63,674 nt of DNA, filler included, from Stramenopiles sp. TOSAG23-2 (GCA_900128395.1; 13 parts of 13 records of this genome joined end to end with filler, not necessarily neighbours in it); one strand, 5' to 3'. Shown: positions 21,042 through 32,890, numbered from the whole stretch's first letter. Program-made: numbers and translations. Notes: a model not told the origin generated them from the sequence alone.

Positions 21042-23219
21042 TTACATTTTAGCTTTTCTTGCTCTGGTAGGATGAGTTTGTCCTTTTGCAGCTGCCCATT
21101 GTTTCCCGCCATGTTTACCCCAATATTGAGTCAATGACATATCTGCTGCGATACAATCTTCCAATAATTTTGCTGGTTTAATACCTAACGTTTCCAATGT
21201 TTTTTTAACTGTTGGTAAGCCAACAGTATCAGCATAGAACATTGGCCCACCTCTGACTTTTGGGAAATTGTAACCGTATACATAACATACATCGATATCA
21301 CTTGGTTTTTGTGCCATGCCTTCTTCCAAAATTTTGAAGCCTTCATTGATCATTGGCATGTACAATGATAGTGTAATTTCTTGTTGACTTGGTGGGGAAC
21401 CTTTCAATGGGTACATTTTGCGCAACATATCATTTACAACTTTTGATGGTGTGCCATTTCTATTATCTTCATAATCAAACCATCCAGCATTTGATTTTTG
21501 ACCTAAACGACCCATTTCGATCAATCCATGTTGTGGCACATTTTCTGGATTGTACGTACCAGCTTTTTTCCATGCTTGAATACCTAAATCCAAACCAACT
21601 AAATCTGCCATTGCCATTGGTCCCATTTTCATACCAAACTCAGTGGCGGCATAATCAACTTCTTCTGGCAATGCACCTTGTGCAATAGCACCTCTTGCTG
21701 CACCAGAGTAAAATGCAACCATGCGGTTCCCAACAAATCCTTGGCAATTACCCGCAAGAATGCACCATTTACCGATTTCAGTGCCCCATTGCATCATAGT
21801 AGCAATGGTATAATCACTAGTTTCTTTACCGCGTACGTTTTCCAATAGTTTCATAACATTAGCTGGCGAAAAGAAATGTGTTCCCATAACCAATGGACGT
21901 CTTTCTGGTTTGCATACACCGGCAATTGCATCAATATCCAATGCAGATGTGTTTGTGCATAAAAATGCATCAGGTTTACATACACCATCCAATTGTTCAA
22001 AGATCTTTTGTTTTATATCCAATGATTCGAATACGGCTTCAACGATCATATCGCAATGTGCCAAATCATCGTAATTAGTCGTTGGAGTGAAGTTTGCGCG
22101 CGCGGCTGCTTTTTGCTCAGCGCTCATTGAACGCGATCGTGCATAATTTGCATCAATCAATGCCATACCACGATCTAAATTTTTTTGATCGATATCCAAG
22201 ATGGTAACTTTCATGCCAACGTTGGCACAACACATCGCAATGCCTCCACCCATCAAACCAGCGCCAACAACACCAACGGTTTTGATCTTTTTACCTTTTA
22301 CACCTTTTGGCAAATCGCTAACTTTTTTCCCAGCACGTTCCGCACTGAACATGTGTAACATAGCCCTGCCTTCCGGGGAACCAGCCAATGGCCCAAACAA
22401 GACACCTTCTTGTTTACGACCGTAATCCCATGGTCCTTTGCATGCTGCTTCAACACATTTAATAATTGCTTCTGCTGCTGGTTGGCCTTTTCTTTTACTT
22501 GCCATGCGTTTTCTAAAACTATCAAAATCACATGGTGCTGGTGGTGGCATTTTAGCAATGGATGGTTGCGCTGCTTTGCCCCTATTTTTCCTTGCCATTG
22601 CAATGGCTGCATCGATTAATTCTGCTTTTGATGGTACCATTTCATTAATGATGCCTAGCTCTAATGCTTTTGGTGCTGGAATTTGATCCCCACTTAAAAT
22701 AGCTTCAAGTGCTTGTTCCGATCCAATAATTCTTGGCAAACGTTGTGTACCTTGGCCTCCAGGAAGTAATCCAATGTTTACCTCTGGCAAACCAACATTC
22801 GAATTGGCAGTCGCGACACGGTAATGGCATGTCAATGCTAATTCCAACCCACCACCCAATGCAAATCCATTGATAGCAGCAACAACAGGGATATTTACAC
22901 CACCTATCTGGTTGTCTTCTAATCCCATACCAAACGGACCAGTTGTTGGTCTGTCGATGGATACAGGTTTTCCACGGTTAGTATTAAATGCCATAATATC
23001 AGCACCTGCACAAAATGCACGGTCACCGGCACCAGTAACGACAAGCCCGGTAACTTTTTGATCAATGCCAGGATCTCTTCCTTCCAATTGCCTTATAACA
23101 GTTTTCACACCATTAGTTAGTCCTGCACTAAGTGCGTTTACAGGGAAATAATCAATAACCATAACTGCAATTCCATCATCAGTAATGTGGTCAATATATG
23201 CTGTACCAGTTTTAGACAT
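21042..23219 (-). CDS. EHHADH: Peroxisomal bifunctional enoyl-CoA hydratase / 3-hydroxyacyl-CoA dehydrogenase (MFE-1 type)
   Basis: Crotonase motifs FCAGADI, GFALGGGLELAL and LPEVNIGLLPGGQGTQRLPR; Rossmann motif VVGAGLMGGGIA, EAVFE and HFFSPAN; C-terminal PTS1 AKM. First ATG is at 23219. Confidence 0.92.
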   Translation of the reverse strand: MSKTGTAYIDHITDDGIAVMVIDYFPVNALSAGLTNGVKTVIRQLEGRDPGIDQKVTGLVVTGAGDRAFCAGADIMAFNTNRGKPVSIDRPTTGPFGMGLEDNQIGGVNIPVVAAINGFALGGGLELALTCHYRVATANSNVGLPEVNIGLLPGGQGTQRLPRIIGSEQALEAILSGDQIPAPKALELGIINEMVPSKAELIDAAIAMARKNRGKAAQPSIAKMPPPAPCDFDSFRKRMASKRKGQPAAEAIIKCVEAACKGPWDYGRKQEGVLFGPLAGSPEGRAMLHMFSAERAGKKVSDLPKGVKGKKIKTVGVVGAGLMGGGIAMCCANVGMKVTILDIDQKNLDRGMALIDANYARSRSMSAEQKAAARANFTPTTNYDDLAHCDMIVEAVFESLDIKQKIFEQLDGVCKPDAFLCTNTSALDIDAIAGVCKPERRPLVMGTHFFSPANVMKLLENVRGKETSDYTIATMMQWGTEIGKWCILAGNCQGFVGNRMVAFYSGAARGAIAQGALPEEVDYAATEFGMKMGPMAMADLVGLDLGIQAWKKAGTYNPENVPQHGLIEMGRLGQKSNAGWFDYEDNRNGTPSKVVNDMLRKMYPLKGSPPSQQEITLSLYMPMINEGFKILEEGMAQKPSDIDVCYVYGYNFPKVRGGPMFYADTVGLPTVKKTLETLGIKPAKLLEDCIAADMSLTQYWGKHGGKQWAAAKGQTHPTRARKAKM

Positions 23220-24187
23220 GTTATTATTTTCTTTCTTACTTTTCTTGTGTTGTTTGTGTTGTTTTCTTTTTGCTTTTACTTCTTTTATGTTTTTCACATT
23301 TCACACTTCATACTCCATCTTCACATATATATGTTTCTTTTGTATTCATTATTGCGAATCCGAAGATCAAAAAGATCAGAAAAAAATTAAAAAATAATAG
23401 GATTTTATATAGGCGAAATTTTGAACAGTACGGAAATGTTATACTTGAAGGTCTTTGCGCGAGTTTAGTTCGAAGATATTTTTTTTAGATTTTCTGTGTG
23501 GTAAGACACACATCTGCTGGATGTGTTGTGGCGATGATATAATTACTATATTTGGATACAAATTTCCATTTATTTATATATACATTGTAATTATTATACA
23601 TGATAAAAATGAATATAATTTTAAACTATAAATCAACCAAAAAACAATACCTAGAGGGAAATTTGGGCCTAGTTATAATTTTTTGGAGATTTTTCATAAA
23701 AAGTAAATTTAGTCCATAGTAAACAGTGTTATTTTAACCGATTTTAAAAATTTTATTCCTTTTTCCCAGTGCTATTTACCTAGTATCCGTCCCTATACTT
23801 AAGACCTTAGTATACAATAAGTACGAATTTGGGCACGGTGTTCTTTTAACTTTAAAAACAAAACATGTATCGATATAGAAATAAATGTGTGTGTGAACGC
23901 GATATGGATGGGGGAAGGATAAGCATTACAAATATCATTTCAAATAACCACTCTTTTATTTTATTTATTTTACATATATATATATATATACACGTTGTAG
24001 TAAGATTTTCGTCGTTTAATATAATATTGAACTACAAACATCCTTTGAACCACCACGTGAAAAAAAAAAAAGTTATCATCATACACATTTTGTAAATATT
24101 TAGAAAAAATAAATATATATATAAGCATTGGACTGTAAAAATAATAATTAATAATAATATAATATAGTTAAAACAAAAAAATAAAAT

Positions 24188-25201
24188 ATGAAAGTATTGA
24201 TTATAAGGCATGGATTGACAAAATCAAATGTAAGAGACTATGAAGCAGGCTTTCGCTTTCCAAATAATGAGGAGAAACAGAGTGAATATAAACAAAAAGT
24301 TAGGGAACAACAAGGTGCACGTGAGTTGTCAGAGGATAGTGTTTTAACAGATGTTGGTGAGCAAGAGGCTGTTCGGCTAGGACAATATTGGGGTCCATTA
24401 CTTGAAACGACTGCTAAAAGAAATAAATTGGAAGTTTTAATTAGCCCAATGTATCGAACTTTACAGACAATACACCCGCTAATGACATATTTACATGAGA
24501 AAACGAATTTGACTGCAAATGTATATGGTGAATTCTTTGAATGTGGTGGTTTAATGTCTGCAAATGATAGGGCATTTATGGATGATTTAGAAATACGGGT
24601 TGCCAATGAAAATAATGAAAATGATCCAAAGAAAAAAGCTCAATTGAGACAAGAAAGAATTCAATTATATCGTTCCCATAATTTTTCACAAGTTGGTTTG
24701 ACTATGAATGAAATGAACGCGATGTATCCATGGTTAGGAAAAGACTTTACAGGTATGAAGATCGATGATCCAAATACACCATGGCATTTAAGTAATTCAG
24801 ATTGGTCTGATAAGTATATCGCAGAACGTGTTGAAAGGGTAGCAAATATGTTGCGTGAAAAAGCAAAACATGTTGCACTAAATCATATCGTCGTATTAGT
24901 TGGTCACGGTGATATGAACAAACGTGTATTATTTAACTTATTGGGTATTGATACAAATAAAGTGTCGACAAATTTACAAAACACATCATGTTCTTTGCTA
25001 ACATTAAACTCAAAAGAAAATATGACCAATTTAAATTTTTTTAATCGTACACCACATTTAGTAAATAACATTGAAGGTGATTCTCGAAATTTAACATCAT
25101 ACGCAACAGATCATGGTTTATATATGCCTGGTGGAAAAGAAATGAGAAAACAAATGTTTGAATATTTCCCACATAGTTTTGAAGGTAAATCCAGGTTGTG
25201 A
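24188..25201 (+). CDS. Histidine phosphatase (phosphoglycerate mutase-like) family protein with PTS1
   Basis: IIRHG, ISPMYRTLQT, LVGHG and LQNTSCS motifs; C-terminal SRL. Confidence 0.85.
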   Translation: MKVLIIRHGLTKSNVRDYEAGFRFPNNEEKQSEYKQKVREQQGARELSEDSVLTDVGEQEAVRLGQYWGPLLETTAKRNKLEVLISPMYRTLQTIHPLMTYLHEKTNLTANVYGEFFECGGLMSANDRAFMDDLEIRVANENNENDPKKKAQLRQERIQLYRSHNFSQVGLTMNEMNAMYPWLGKDFTGMKIDDPNTPWHLSNSDWSDKYIAERVERVANMLREKAKHVALNHIVVLVGHGDMNKRVLFNLLGIDTNKVSTNLQNTSCSLLTLNSKENMTNLNFFNRTPHLVNNIEGDSRNLTSYATDHGLYMPGGKEMRKQMFEYFPHSFEGKSRL

Positions 25202-25581
25202 ACAATATCATAACATATATTGGTATATAATAGCGTGTCGTATTTTTTTTTGAAGACACAACGACGGGAGCTACATCAGTAAAAATATATGGTATTTTGT
25301 TGAGTAATTATTATAAACGACGTATGCATATGCATATGATATGATAATAATGATATATATTGGTTAAGGGTTATAATGATTATACACACGCACGTAATTA
25401 TTTATAAAATTATATTTACTCGGATACGAAGTTCGTATACTGTATAAAATTATTTTATCAAATAGGGCCACACTTTTCAAAAAACAATAATCTCTCTCTC
25501 TTTAATTCGGTTGTATTACCTTTCACAAAAGTAGAGGGATAATATTTCATTTATAATGGATAAGATATCATATGATACACT

Positions 25582-25743
25582 CTAATTTCTTGCACGTTTT
25601 TTCCTACGTATACGTTTTAATGCATCTTCACTTAATGGTAACTCTAATTTTAATCCATCGACCGCTATGCTTATTTTTTCAATGATTACAACAAATTCTT
25701 TTTCATTGATTAATTTACCGTTGATGCATAAAAATAATTTACT
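25582..25743 (-). CDS. 3' end of an unknown gene (truncated at contig edge)
   Basis: Open frame SKLFLCINGKLINEKEF...LKRIRRKKRARN* from the edge. Confidence 0.4.
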   Translation of the reverse strand, partial: SKLFLCINGKLINEKEFVVIIEKISIAVDGLKLELPLSEDALKRIRRKKRARN

Positions 25744-25744
25744 A

Positions 25745-25844
25745 NNNNNNNNNNNNNNNNNNNNNNNNNNNNNNNNNNNNNNNNNNNNTTAATTAATTAA
25801 NNNNNNNNNNNNNNNNNNNNNNNNNNNNNNNNNNNNNNNNNNNN
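25745..25844. other. Artificial contig linker
   Basis: N44-TTAATTAATTAA-N44. Confidence 0.98.
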
Positions 25845-25846
25845 AA

Positions 25847-28132
25847 GAAAAATTACCACCATGGCCATTACCAAAAGTTAATCTGGATATAAAATCTGAT
25901 CATGAAGAATCTGTATTCGTTATTGATGCTATAGGTGATCTATTGGAAAAAAATCAAACAATACAATTATTGGATTTAAGTTATAATAATTTTGATGCGG
26001 ATACCATTGGAGTATTTAATGAAAAATTAAAGAATAATCATACATTATTAGAAATTAGATTGAAAGGATTAAATGTTGAAATTGATTCTTGTGGTTTTTT
26101 AAATGCAAATACAGGTAATGTGAAGGATATAATAAAAGCACAATATCATGTTGAAGAAAAATCAATGAAAAAGTCAAATAATAATGATGTAATACCAGGC
26201 GCAAAATCATACCGTTCAGGAGCCTGGATAGACCATGCATGGCCTACAGAAGTATATGATACTCAATATCCAAATGGTTGGATAAGTGGTGGTTGGGACG
26301 AAATCAAAATATCTTTCTCCCCGTCAACTTATTATGCAACAAAAGAAAGTGAAGAATTAGGAACATGGGACGATATTGAAGATGTATACATACGTTTCGA
26401 AATAGATGGCTGGAAACCTATTAAAATGCAAAAAGTTTGGGATACAGATAATAATAATAAACGAATGAGGAATAGTAGTAGTAGGGCGTCTGCAATAAAT
26501 TCTCCGAATAATAATAAAAATTCTAGTGGTGCAGATGCAAAGAAGAAAAAGAGATCCAATAGAAATGGGTATTGTTCATTTGAGACAGTAAGAATATTAC
26601 CACCAGGTAAAAATTTCTTTTGTTTTTCACTCAAATTTGATGAAAACGATGAGGAAGAAAGTATTGTTCCAAGTACGTTACCATGCTTATCCTCCGAATA
26701 CAACACGTGGAATCGTAATGAAAATGTTTTTGAAAAATATGCTACATTGCCACAGTGTAAGCACAATTTTTTTGAAACAGAATTGACAAGATTAGAATCC
26801 GTTGAAAAAACATTGTGCCCAAAATGCAATACACCGTTTCGATATGAAGACTTGGAATTTAACCATTCAATCAATGTAAGCACGACCAATTACATCATAG
26901 TTCAAAAACGAATTGGTCCATTAGTATTAACAAAACAATTTCCAAGAATAAGAGTCGGTGGTCCAAATAATTTATCAAATACAGGTTTTGTTGGCTGGAC
27001 CGTACGTACAAGTATTTTTGCTCCAAGATTATTAGAATCCACTACATTTAACTTATTGAATGACTCGGATGTTTATGATGATTGTGCAAAAATTGATTTT
27101 CAGTCGTTTCGTCTATCAGACGATGTGAAAGACAAAAGAGAATGTAGAATCATCTTTGATTGTGTACAATCATATTATTTAGAATTAGTGGATGTATTTA
27201 CATACCAAGCATTACAATCTACTACACCTAATATATTTGTAATGGACTTGCAAAGTTTCATATCGTGGATTAATACATTAGAAGATTTAGATAACCAATA
27301 TAGCGAGGACAACATTCGTTCGTTATGGAACAAAGCAAAACAATATGGTGAAGTTGCTACAAAACGACATGCAAATGAACGTCAAAATTTTGATGATAAT
27401 GAAGAACATAAGGATCCGATTGGTTGTATATGCAGAAGACACTTTATTGCATTATTAGTTCGCGTTGCTATTGATCGATATTTTGTTCATGGTGAAGAAT
27501 CTTCCGCCGTCGATGCAGTAAGGCATTTCTTGATCAACGTTGTTTTCAAAACTAGTTTCGTACCAAATATTAATGGTGATGAATTTCGTCAATCAAAGTT
27601 ATATACGTCTGATTGTGACCATATATTAAAACGATTTTATATGGAAATAAAATCCTTGTTTTCAATATATTCTACAACTGTTACCACTGAATTAGGATCA
27701 GTACATTACATCGTAACATTTGAGAAAGCAATGCAATTAGCCCATGAAATGACATTGTTCAACATAGACGATGTGACAGAAGAAGGTGTAAATAGATTCC
27801 ATGAACGAATGGAAAGCATACGAATTGCATATGTATCTTCGTTGTTATTAATTGATGATGAAGAGCGAGTTGATGCAACGTTGAGGCACAGCTTATCATT
27901 AGTTGGATTTTTAGAATACATAAGTCGCTTAGCATTATTAGAAAAATTAGACTTACGTTTGGCAAAAGAGCGGGTTGTAGTGAAAGGTAGAAGACATGGT
28001 AATGTTGTTCCAGAAAATTTTTATGAGATTGATTTTATTGATAAATTAGAACGGTTTTTAAAAGCATATGTTCTGGAAGTATTGTCCAGACAAAAACGGG
28101 GAGATGGTGGTGCTGGTGGGGAAGGAGAGTAA
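25847..28132 (+). CDS. LRR-containing protein with a CBM48/AMPK-beta-like module and a helical (EF-hand-like) C-terminus; 5' truncated
   Basis: NQTIQLLDLSYNNF..NHTLLEIRL LRRs; VYIRFEIDGWKPIKM...RILPPGKNFFCF; the frame is open to the contig edge. Confidence 0.65.
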   Translation, partial: EKLPPWPLPKVNLDIKSDHEESVFVIDAIGDLLEKNQTIQLLDLSYNNFDADTIGVFNEKLKNNHTLLEIRLKGLNVEIDSCGFLNANTGNVKDIIKAQYHVEEKSMKKSNNNDVIPGAKSYRSGAWIDHAWPTEVYDTQYPNGWISGGWDEIKISFSPSTYYATKESEELGTWDDIEDVYIRFEIDGWKPIKMQKVWDTDNNNKRMRNSSSRASAINSPNNNKNSSGADAKKKKRSNRNGYCSFETVRILPPGKNFFCFSLKFDENDEEESIVPSTLPCLSSEYNTWNRNENVFEKYATLPQCKHNFFETELTRLESVEKTLCPKCNTPFRYEDLEFNHSINVSTTNYIIVQKRIGPLVLTKQFPRIRVGGPNNLSNTGFVGWTVRTSIFAPRLLESTTFNLLNDSDVYDDCAKIDFQSFRLSDDVKDKRECRIIFDCVQSYYLELVDVFTYQALQSTTPNIFVMDLQSFISWINTLEDLDNQYSEDNIRSLWNKAKQYGEVATKRHANERQNFDDNEEHKDPIGCICRRHFIALLVRVAIDRYFVHGEESSAVDAVRHFLINVVFKTSFVPNINGDEFRQSKLYTSDCDHILKRFYMEIKSLFSIYSTTVTTELGSVHYIVTFEKAMQLAHEMTLFNIDDVTEEGVNRFHERMESIRIAYVSSLLLIDDEERVDATLRHSLSLVGFLEYISRLALLEKLDLRLAKERVVVKGRRHGNVVPENFYEIDFIDKLERFLKAYVLEVLSRQKRGDGGAGGEGE

Positions 28133-28331
28133 TTGAGTTTTTATTACAATAATTTATTATCGATAACTTAGATTTTAACCGCACATCCTTTTTAATATAC
28201 TTTTTAAGACACACGTATATTTTTTAAAATAAACACATCATTTTTATTTTTTCAGAGTAAAAAAATATATCAATATTTTATTTTAAATAACATACATGTT
28301 TTTTATTTTTATCATAGTAGAGATATATAAT

Positions 28332-29078
28332 TTACTCAGTAGCTTCCTCTTCTCCAACTTCTTGGCTTTCTCCTTCCTCATTTTTTTCTTCTACTTTACT
28401 ACTAATATCCTCAATTTGTTGAGTGATTTCCATTTTTGTATTTTCATAATTTTGTAACGTAGATGCCAAACGCTGGGAAACTGCACGTTGTACAAGTTCC
28501 TCCTCTTCCTCCGTCAGTGCTACATCATTTATTTTACCTGTAACTTCAACACCATCCATTAATGATATAGGTTTTTTAGGCATTTCTACTTGACCAAGTG
28601 GCTTTTGTTCCAAAATTAGTTGCGCTCGCTTGGCTAATACCGCGCGGTATAGACTAAAATGTCTATAATAACTATTGGTTACATACGTTGCAATTAATTT
28701 AACATCATCCATCTCAAATATACATTCACTACGTGGTGGTCTTGCTATACTATGTCTTAAAATTAACTTCTTTAACTCTTCGAAACTATGTTCACAACGT
28801 CTATGAACTGCATTTACATCACTATCCAATAGATCTTTCATCATACCACAAAATGTTGAAGTTTTTTCAGGCGTAAAACCATTTTCACGGCAAAATGCTA
28901 AATTATAAAAATGAAAGTCAAGGATAATATTGACTCTTCCATCGTTATTTCCGGAACCTATTTTTAAATATTCTGTTAGTAATGTTTTACATTCTTCCGC
29001 TGACTTCACTTCTTGTAATGTATTTAATTGATCTAATTTTAAATCTTTAAATTTTAACGAATCTACCATTTTTGTCAA
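28332..29078 (-). CDS. CFAP119: Flagellar central-pair C1a protein with CLAMP domain (CFAP119/CCDC189-like)
   Basis: IILDFHFYNLAFCRENGFTPEKTSTF, HSIARPPRSECIF and YVTNSYYRHFSLYR. Confidence 0.8.
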   Translation of the reverse strand: MTKMVDSLKFKDLKLDQLNTLQEVKSAEECKTLLTEYLKIGSGNNDGRVNIILDFHFYNLAFCRENGFTPEKTSTFCGMMKDLLDSDVNAVHRRCEHSFEELKKLILRHSIARPPRSECIFEMDDVKLIATYVTNSYYRHFSLYRAVLAKRAQLILEQKPLGQVEMPKKPISLMDGVEVTGKINDVALTEEEEELVQRAVSQRLASTLQNYENTKMEITQQIEDISSKVEEKNEEGESQEVGEEEATE

Positions 29079-29989
29079 TTATATATATGTGTATATATGT
29101 TGCGTTATTCTTGTTCTTATTTTGAAATTGGTTATATATAATAATGATGATGATCTAACTTGGTATTTGTCTATATCGATATATATATTTCTAATTTGAC
29201 TTCAATAATAATTATTAGCATTACTCGACGAATAGTGCAATACCAGAGGTAGTGCAATAACGGAAAGTATTTTTTTAAATAAGAAACGGTGATGAGATTT
29301 AAATGGGCCTTAAAATTTTCAAGTACGAATTTACCAGGTGTTTTAGTATACTAAATAATGAAGTATTTGATAGGCGCGGTATTTTATTTTTCGCATACAC
29401 GCATACAGCATACAGCATACAGGATGATACAGGTATTATACACACTGTATCACTGTATCGCTATTTTCATATTTTTGAGCCGGGAATAGTTGTGCATCAG
29501 CCATCAGCTACATAGACTAGACGACTTAGACTATTGAACAAGTATACTGGAATAGGAATAGCTGCTAATTCTACTAATACCAGGAATATAATACCACAAT
29601 CCACAATACTGGAATAGGAATGCCATGCATTGCATGCCTGCCAGCATGCCTAAGGCATGGCGGCATGCTGTGTGCTTCTCTGGACACCAGAGGCATTTCC
29701 AGGTCCAAATCTACGTTTTCCCAGGAAAGCACCTGTGTGGAATGCTGGAATGCAAATTCTATGTTTTTAGTCTTTTTTGGTCCAATACTATTTACATGCT
29801 ATTATTTTAAGAAAAATACCACTTGACCTCCGGATAAAAAGTAGAGATACAATATACAGATATACAGATATACATACATATATATATACAGAAATCATTC
29901 AACATTAAAAACACATTTATTGTCATAAAAACGTAGTTCAAACCAAGTATTAAAAACCGACATATCAAAAAGAGAAAAAAGTAAACGAA

Positions 29990-30900
29990 ATGTCTTCGTG
30001 TAAAAACGACGTAGAAGATGATGAGAATAAGAAAATCTTAGATTTGAAAAAGGAAGAAAAGAGTAACTACCTTGTCGAAGATCATTGTCATGTAGTTGTG
30101 GGCACTATATTACTCTTAGGTGGAATGACTGGGCAAAAGATTTTTGAACAAGTATTAGTAATGTTAGATTGTGAATCATTGGCAAAAGTATTGCAATCCA
30201 GCCTTTTAAAACAGATCGACACAAAGTATGAGAATTCATATTTACAAGCAGTTGCGGACAGATGCATTTCAAATTTTCATAAAGAAAATGTAAAATATTG
30301 CCGATATCATGTCGAGCAAGCCAAGGAATGGTGTAATTTGCGAAATACGACGAATGCGTTTCTATTGGGATGCAATCGTATCAATAGTGACAAACAACGT
30401 GTAAGAAATGCTACAAACGAACATAAAAACGGTGAAAACGAGAAAAATATCATACAATTAATATGTTATTCTTTTTTACATCGTTACGATACTCGCAATG
30501 TCGGTGAAACCAAACGTGTACATGCCGTAGTAAGACAATTACGAAGGTTGTTTAATGTTAACCAACCGCAAATAATAATTCAAGAACATGTAAAATTAGG
30601 TCTTGTACCCAGACTTGTAGAATGTTTGGGCGATGATAAAAACGAACAGATACAACTTGAAGCTGGCTGGATTTTAACAACTATTACTTCTGGCACTACT
30701 GAACAATTACGTGTTGTTATTGAACATGGTGCGGTACCTAGATTTGTTGATTTGTTATTATCAAAAAATGCTGATTTGCGTGGACAAGCTGCCTGGGCAC
30801 TTGGAAACATTGCTGGCGAAGGGCCACAAGCCAGGGATATCGTTTTACAAGCACGACAAGCATCTGCTTTACCAAATTTATTAAAAATGTTACAGCAAAC
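29990..30900 (+). CDS. Importin-alpha-like ARM-repeat protein with an atypical N-terminus; 3' truncated
   Basis: GLVPRLVECL..QIQLEAGWILTTITSGTTEQLRVVIEHGAVPRFVDLL..QAAWALGNIAGEGPQARDIVL. Confidence 0.8.
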
Positions 30901-31000
30901 NNNNNNNNNNNNNNNNNNNNNNNNNNNNNNNNNNNNNNNNNNNNTTAATTAATTAANNNNNNNNNNNNNNNNNNNNNNNNNNNNNNNNNNNNNNNNNNNN
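30901..31000. other. Artificial contig linker
   Basis: N44-TTAATTAATTAA-N44. Confidence 0.98.
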
Positions 31001-31407
31001 AATAATTTACATTTGTATAAAGATGATTGAATCATATGATTTCAGCAAGGGAAAGGGGATGAAGAGAGAAGATCAAAAGGTTCAAAAATGCACTACAAAA
31101 TATTTCTGTGTGTGTGTGTGGAGAGAGAGTGGAGAGTTATCATATGATACGAGAGTACGTGTGGAGGATTGGTTAAAACGCGTGGTGGTGTGTTTACCAA
31201 TATATACGAAGACGTTTCGTATTGAGATATGTGTGTGTTTTAAAATTTTACGAACGTAATTGTTTTTCTTTTTGTAAATATTTAATGATTACCTGGGGGA
31301 GTAAAAGTAAAAAATTATTTTTATCTCTTGATTACGACTACACTTCTTGCACACTCTTCTCTGATTTTTTGTTTTACTTTTTTCTTTGTTTTTTATTTTT
31401 TATAAAG

Positions 31408-31629
31408 TTTAAATGCATCCCTTGACGTGTTCACATTACGTTGTTCGTCATAACTACAATATTGAACCATTATCTTCACACACATTCAAAATACTTCTTT
31501 TTTTTTTTCCATTTTATTTAAATGCATCCCTTGACGTGTTCACATTACGTTGTTCGTCATAACTACAATATTGAACCATTATCTTCACACACATTCAAAA
31601 TACTTCTTTTTTTTTTTCCATTTTATTTA
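31408..31629. repeat. Perfect 109-bp tandem duplication downstream of Rac
   Basis: aaatgcatcccttgacgtg... starts at 31411 and again at 31520. Confidence 0.9.
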
Positions 31630-31670
31630 TATTCGTGTATAATATATATATATATATAACATATACTCCT

Positions 31671-32258
31671 TTACAAAATGGCACATCCTTTCTTTTTTCT
31701 TTTTTTCTTTCCACTATCTTGAGATCGTAATACTTCTTGTATTGCTTTATCAAATACTTCTTTTAAACCTTGTTGTGTTAAAGCACTACATTCTAAATGA
31801 AGTTTTGCACCAATTTGATTTGCAACTTCTTGTCCTTCCTCTTTTTTCAATACACGCTTGCCTTTTGCTTCCAAGTTTGCAACGTATTCGGAATCGTGTC
31901 TTAAATCTAATTTCGTACCGACCAATATGATTGGAACACCGTCTGCATGGTATTTGATTTCATCGGACCATTTGTGCTTGACGTTTTCCAACGATGTTTC
32001 ATCTACAATACTATAACAAATAAGGAAAACATCCGTTTGTGGATAAGATAAAGGACGCAAACGATCGTAATCTTCTTGACCAGCAGTATCCCACAATCCC
32101 AATTGGATTGGTTGACCATTGATCATAATATTTGCGGAATAATTATCAAATACGGTTGGTATATATTCCCCTGGAAATGCATTAGTTGTATAACTAATTA
32201 ATAAACATGTTTTTCCAACTGCACCATCCCCAACAACTACACACTTGACGTTTTGCAT
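31671..32258 (-). CDS. RAC1: Rac/Rho-family small GTPase
   Basis: [59 protein letters not shown], polybasic tail and CAIL CaaX box. Confidence 0.95.
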   Translation of the reverse strand: MQNVKCVVVGDGAVGKTCLLISYTTNAFPGEYIPTVFDNYSANIMINGQPIQLGLWDTAGQEDYDRLRPLSYPQTDVFLICYSIVDETSLENVKHKWSDEIKYHADGVPIILVGTKLDLRHDSEYVANLEAKGKRVLKKEEGQEVANQIGAKLHLECSALTQQGLKEVFDKAIQEVLRSQDSGKKKRKKKGCAIL

Positions 32259-32673
32259 ACTTATATTTTAAATTTTTTTTTTTCTTGGTTTGTAAATTTA
32301 ATACACAATTAATTGTATTATCCGGTTGTTATTATTATAATAAAATGTATTTTGTATAAATGGAAAATAAGTATCTATGAAATGTTTGATCTAACTAATC
32401 TATTTCTTTTTTTAGTTGTGTAGTTAGTTTATTTTTAGTTTGTTTATTTATTTATTCTTTTTTTATGTAAATTATTTCTTCTGATCAAATCATTCCCCGA
32501 CACCTCCTGATTAAGTACAACATATATTTACATATATGATATATACAGCACTGTTTATCTTAGTATATAAAAAAACATGCCTATTAGTTTCTCCATTTTT
32601 TATCCATCAAATAATTTATTATTATTACTTTACATTTATTATTATCCCCCCCATATTTCTATGGTCCACTCTG

Positions 32674-32890
32674 GAAAGATGAAATCTGAATGGAAATCCA
32701 ATGTTACATATCAAAAACAAAATAGTTAAGATAAAAAGCAATGCTCCTACCATACTAATAATATTATATGTCAATGTTGTTAAATTACTAATATTTCCAT
32801 TTTGGTATATCTAGGTTTGTATATATCCGAAACTTTTTTCGTGATATTTTTGATCCAAAATAACACTATTCATCATTGGAAAGGGAGGAG
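32674..32890 (+). repeat. Dispersed non-coding repeat, copy 2 (homologous to 3364..3560)
   Basis: Same ordered blocks as copy 1, on a different contig. Confidence 0.7.

Noticed and set aside
31286-31300. ttacctggggg resembling the U1 snRNA 5' end
   Set aside because: No ATAC prefix, stem-loops or Sm site follow.
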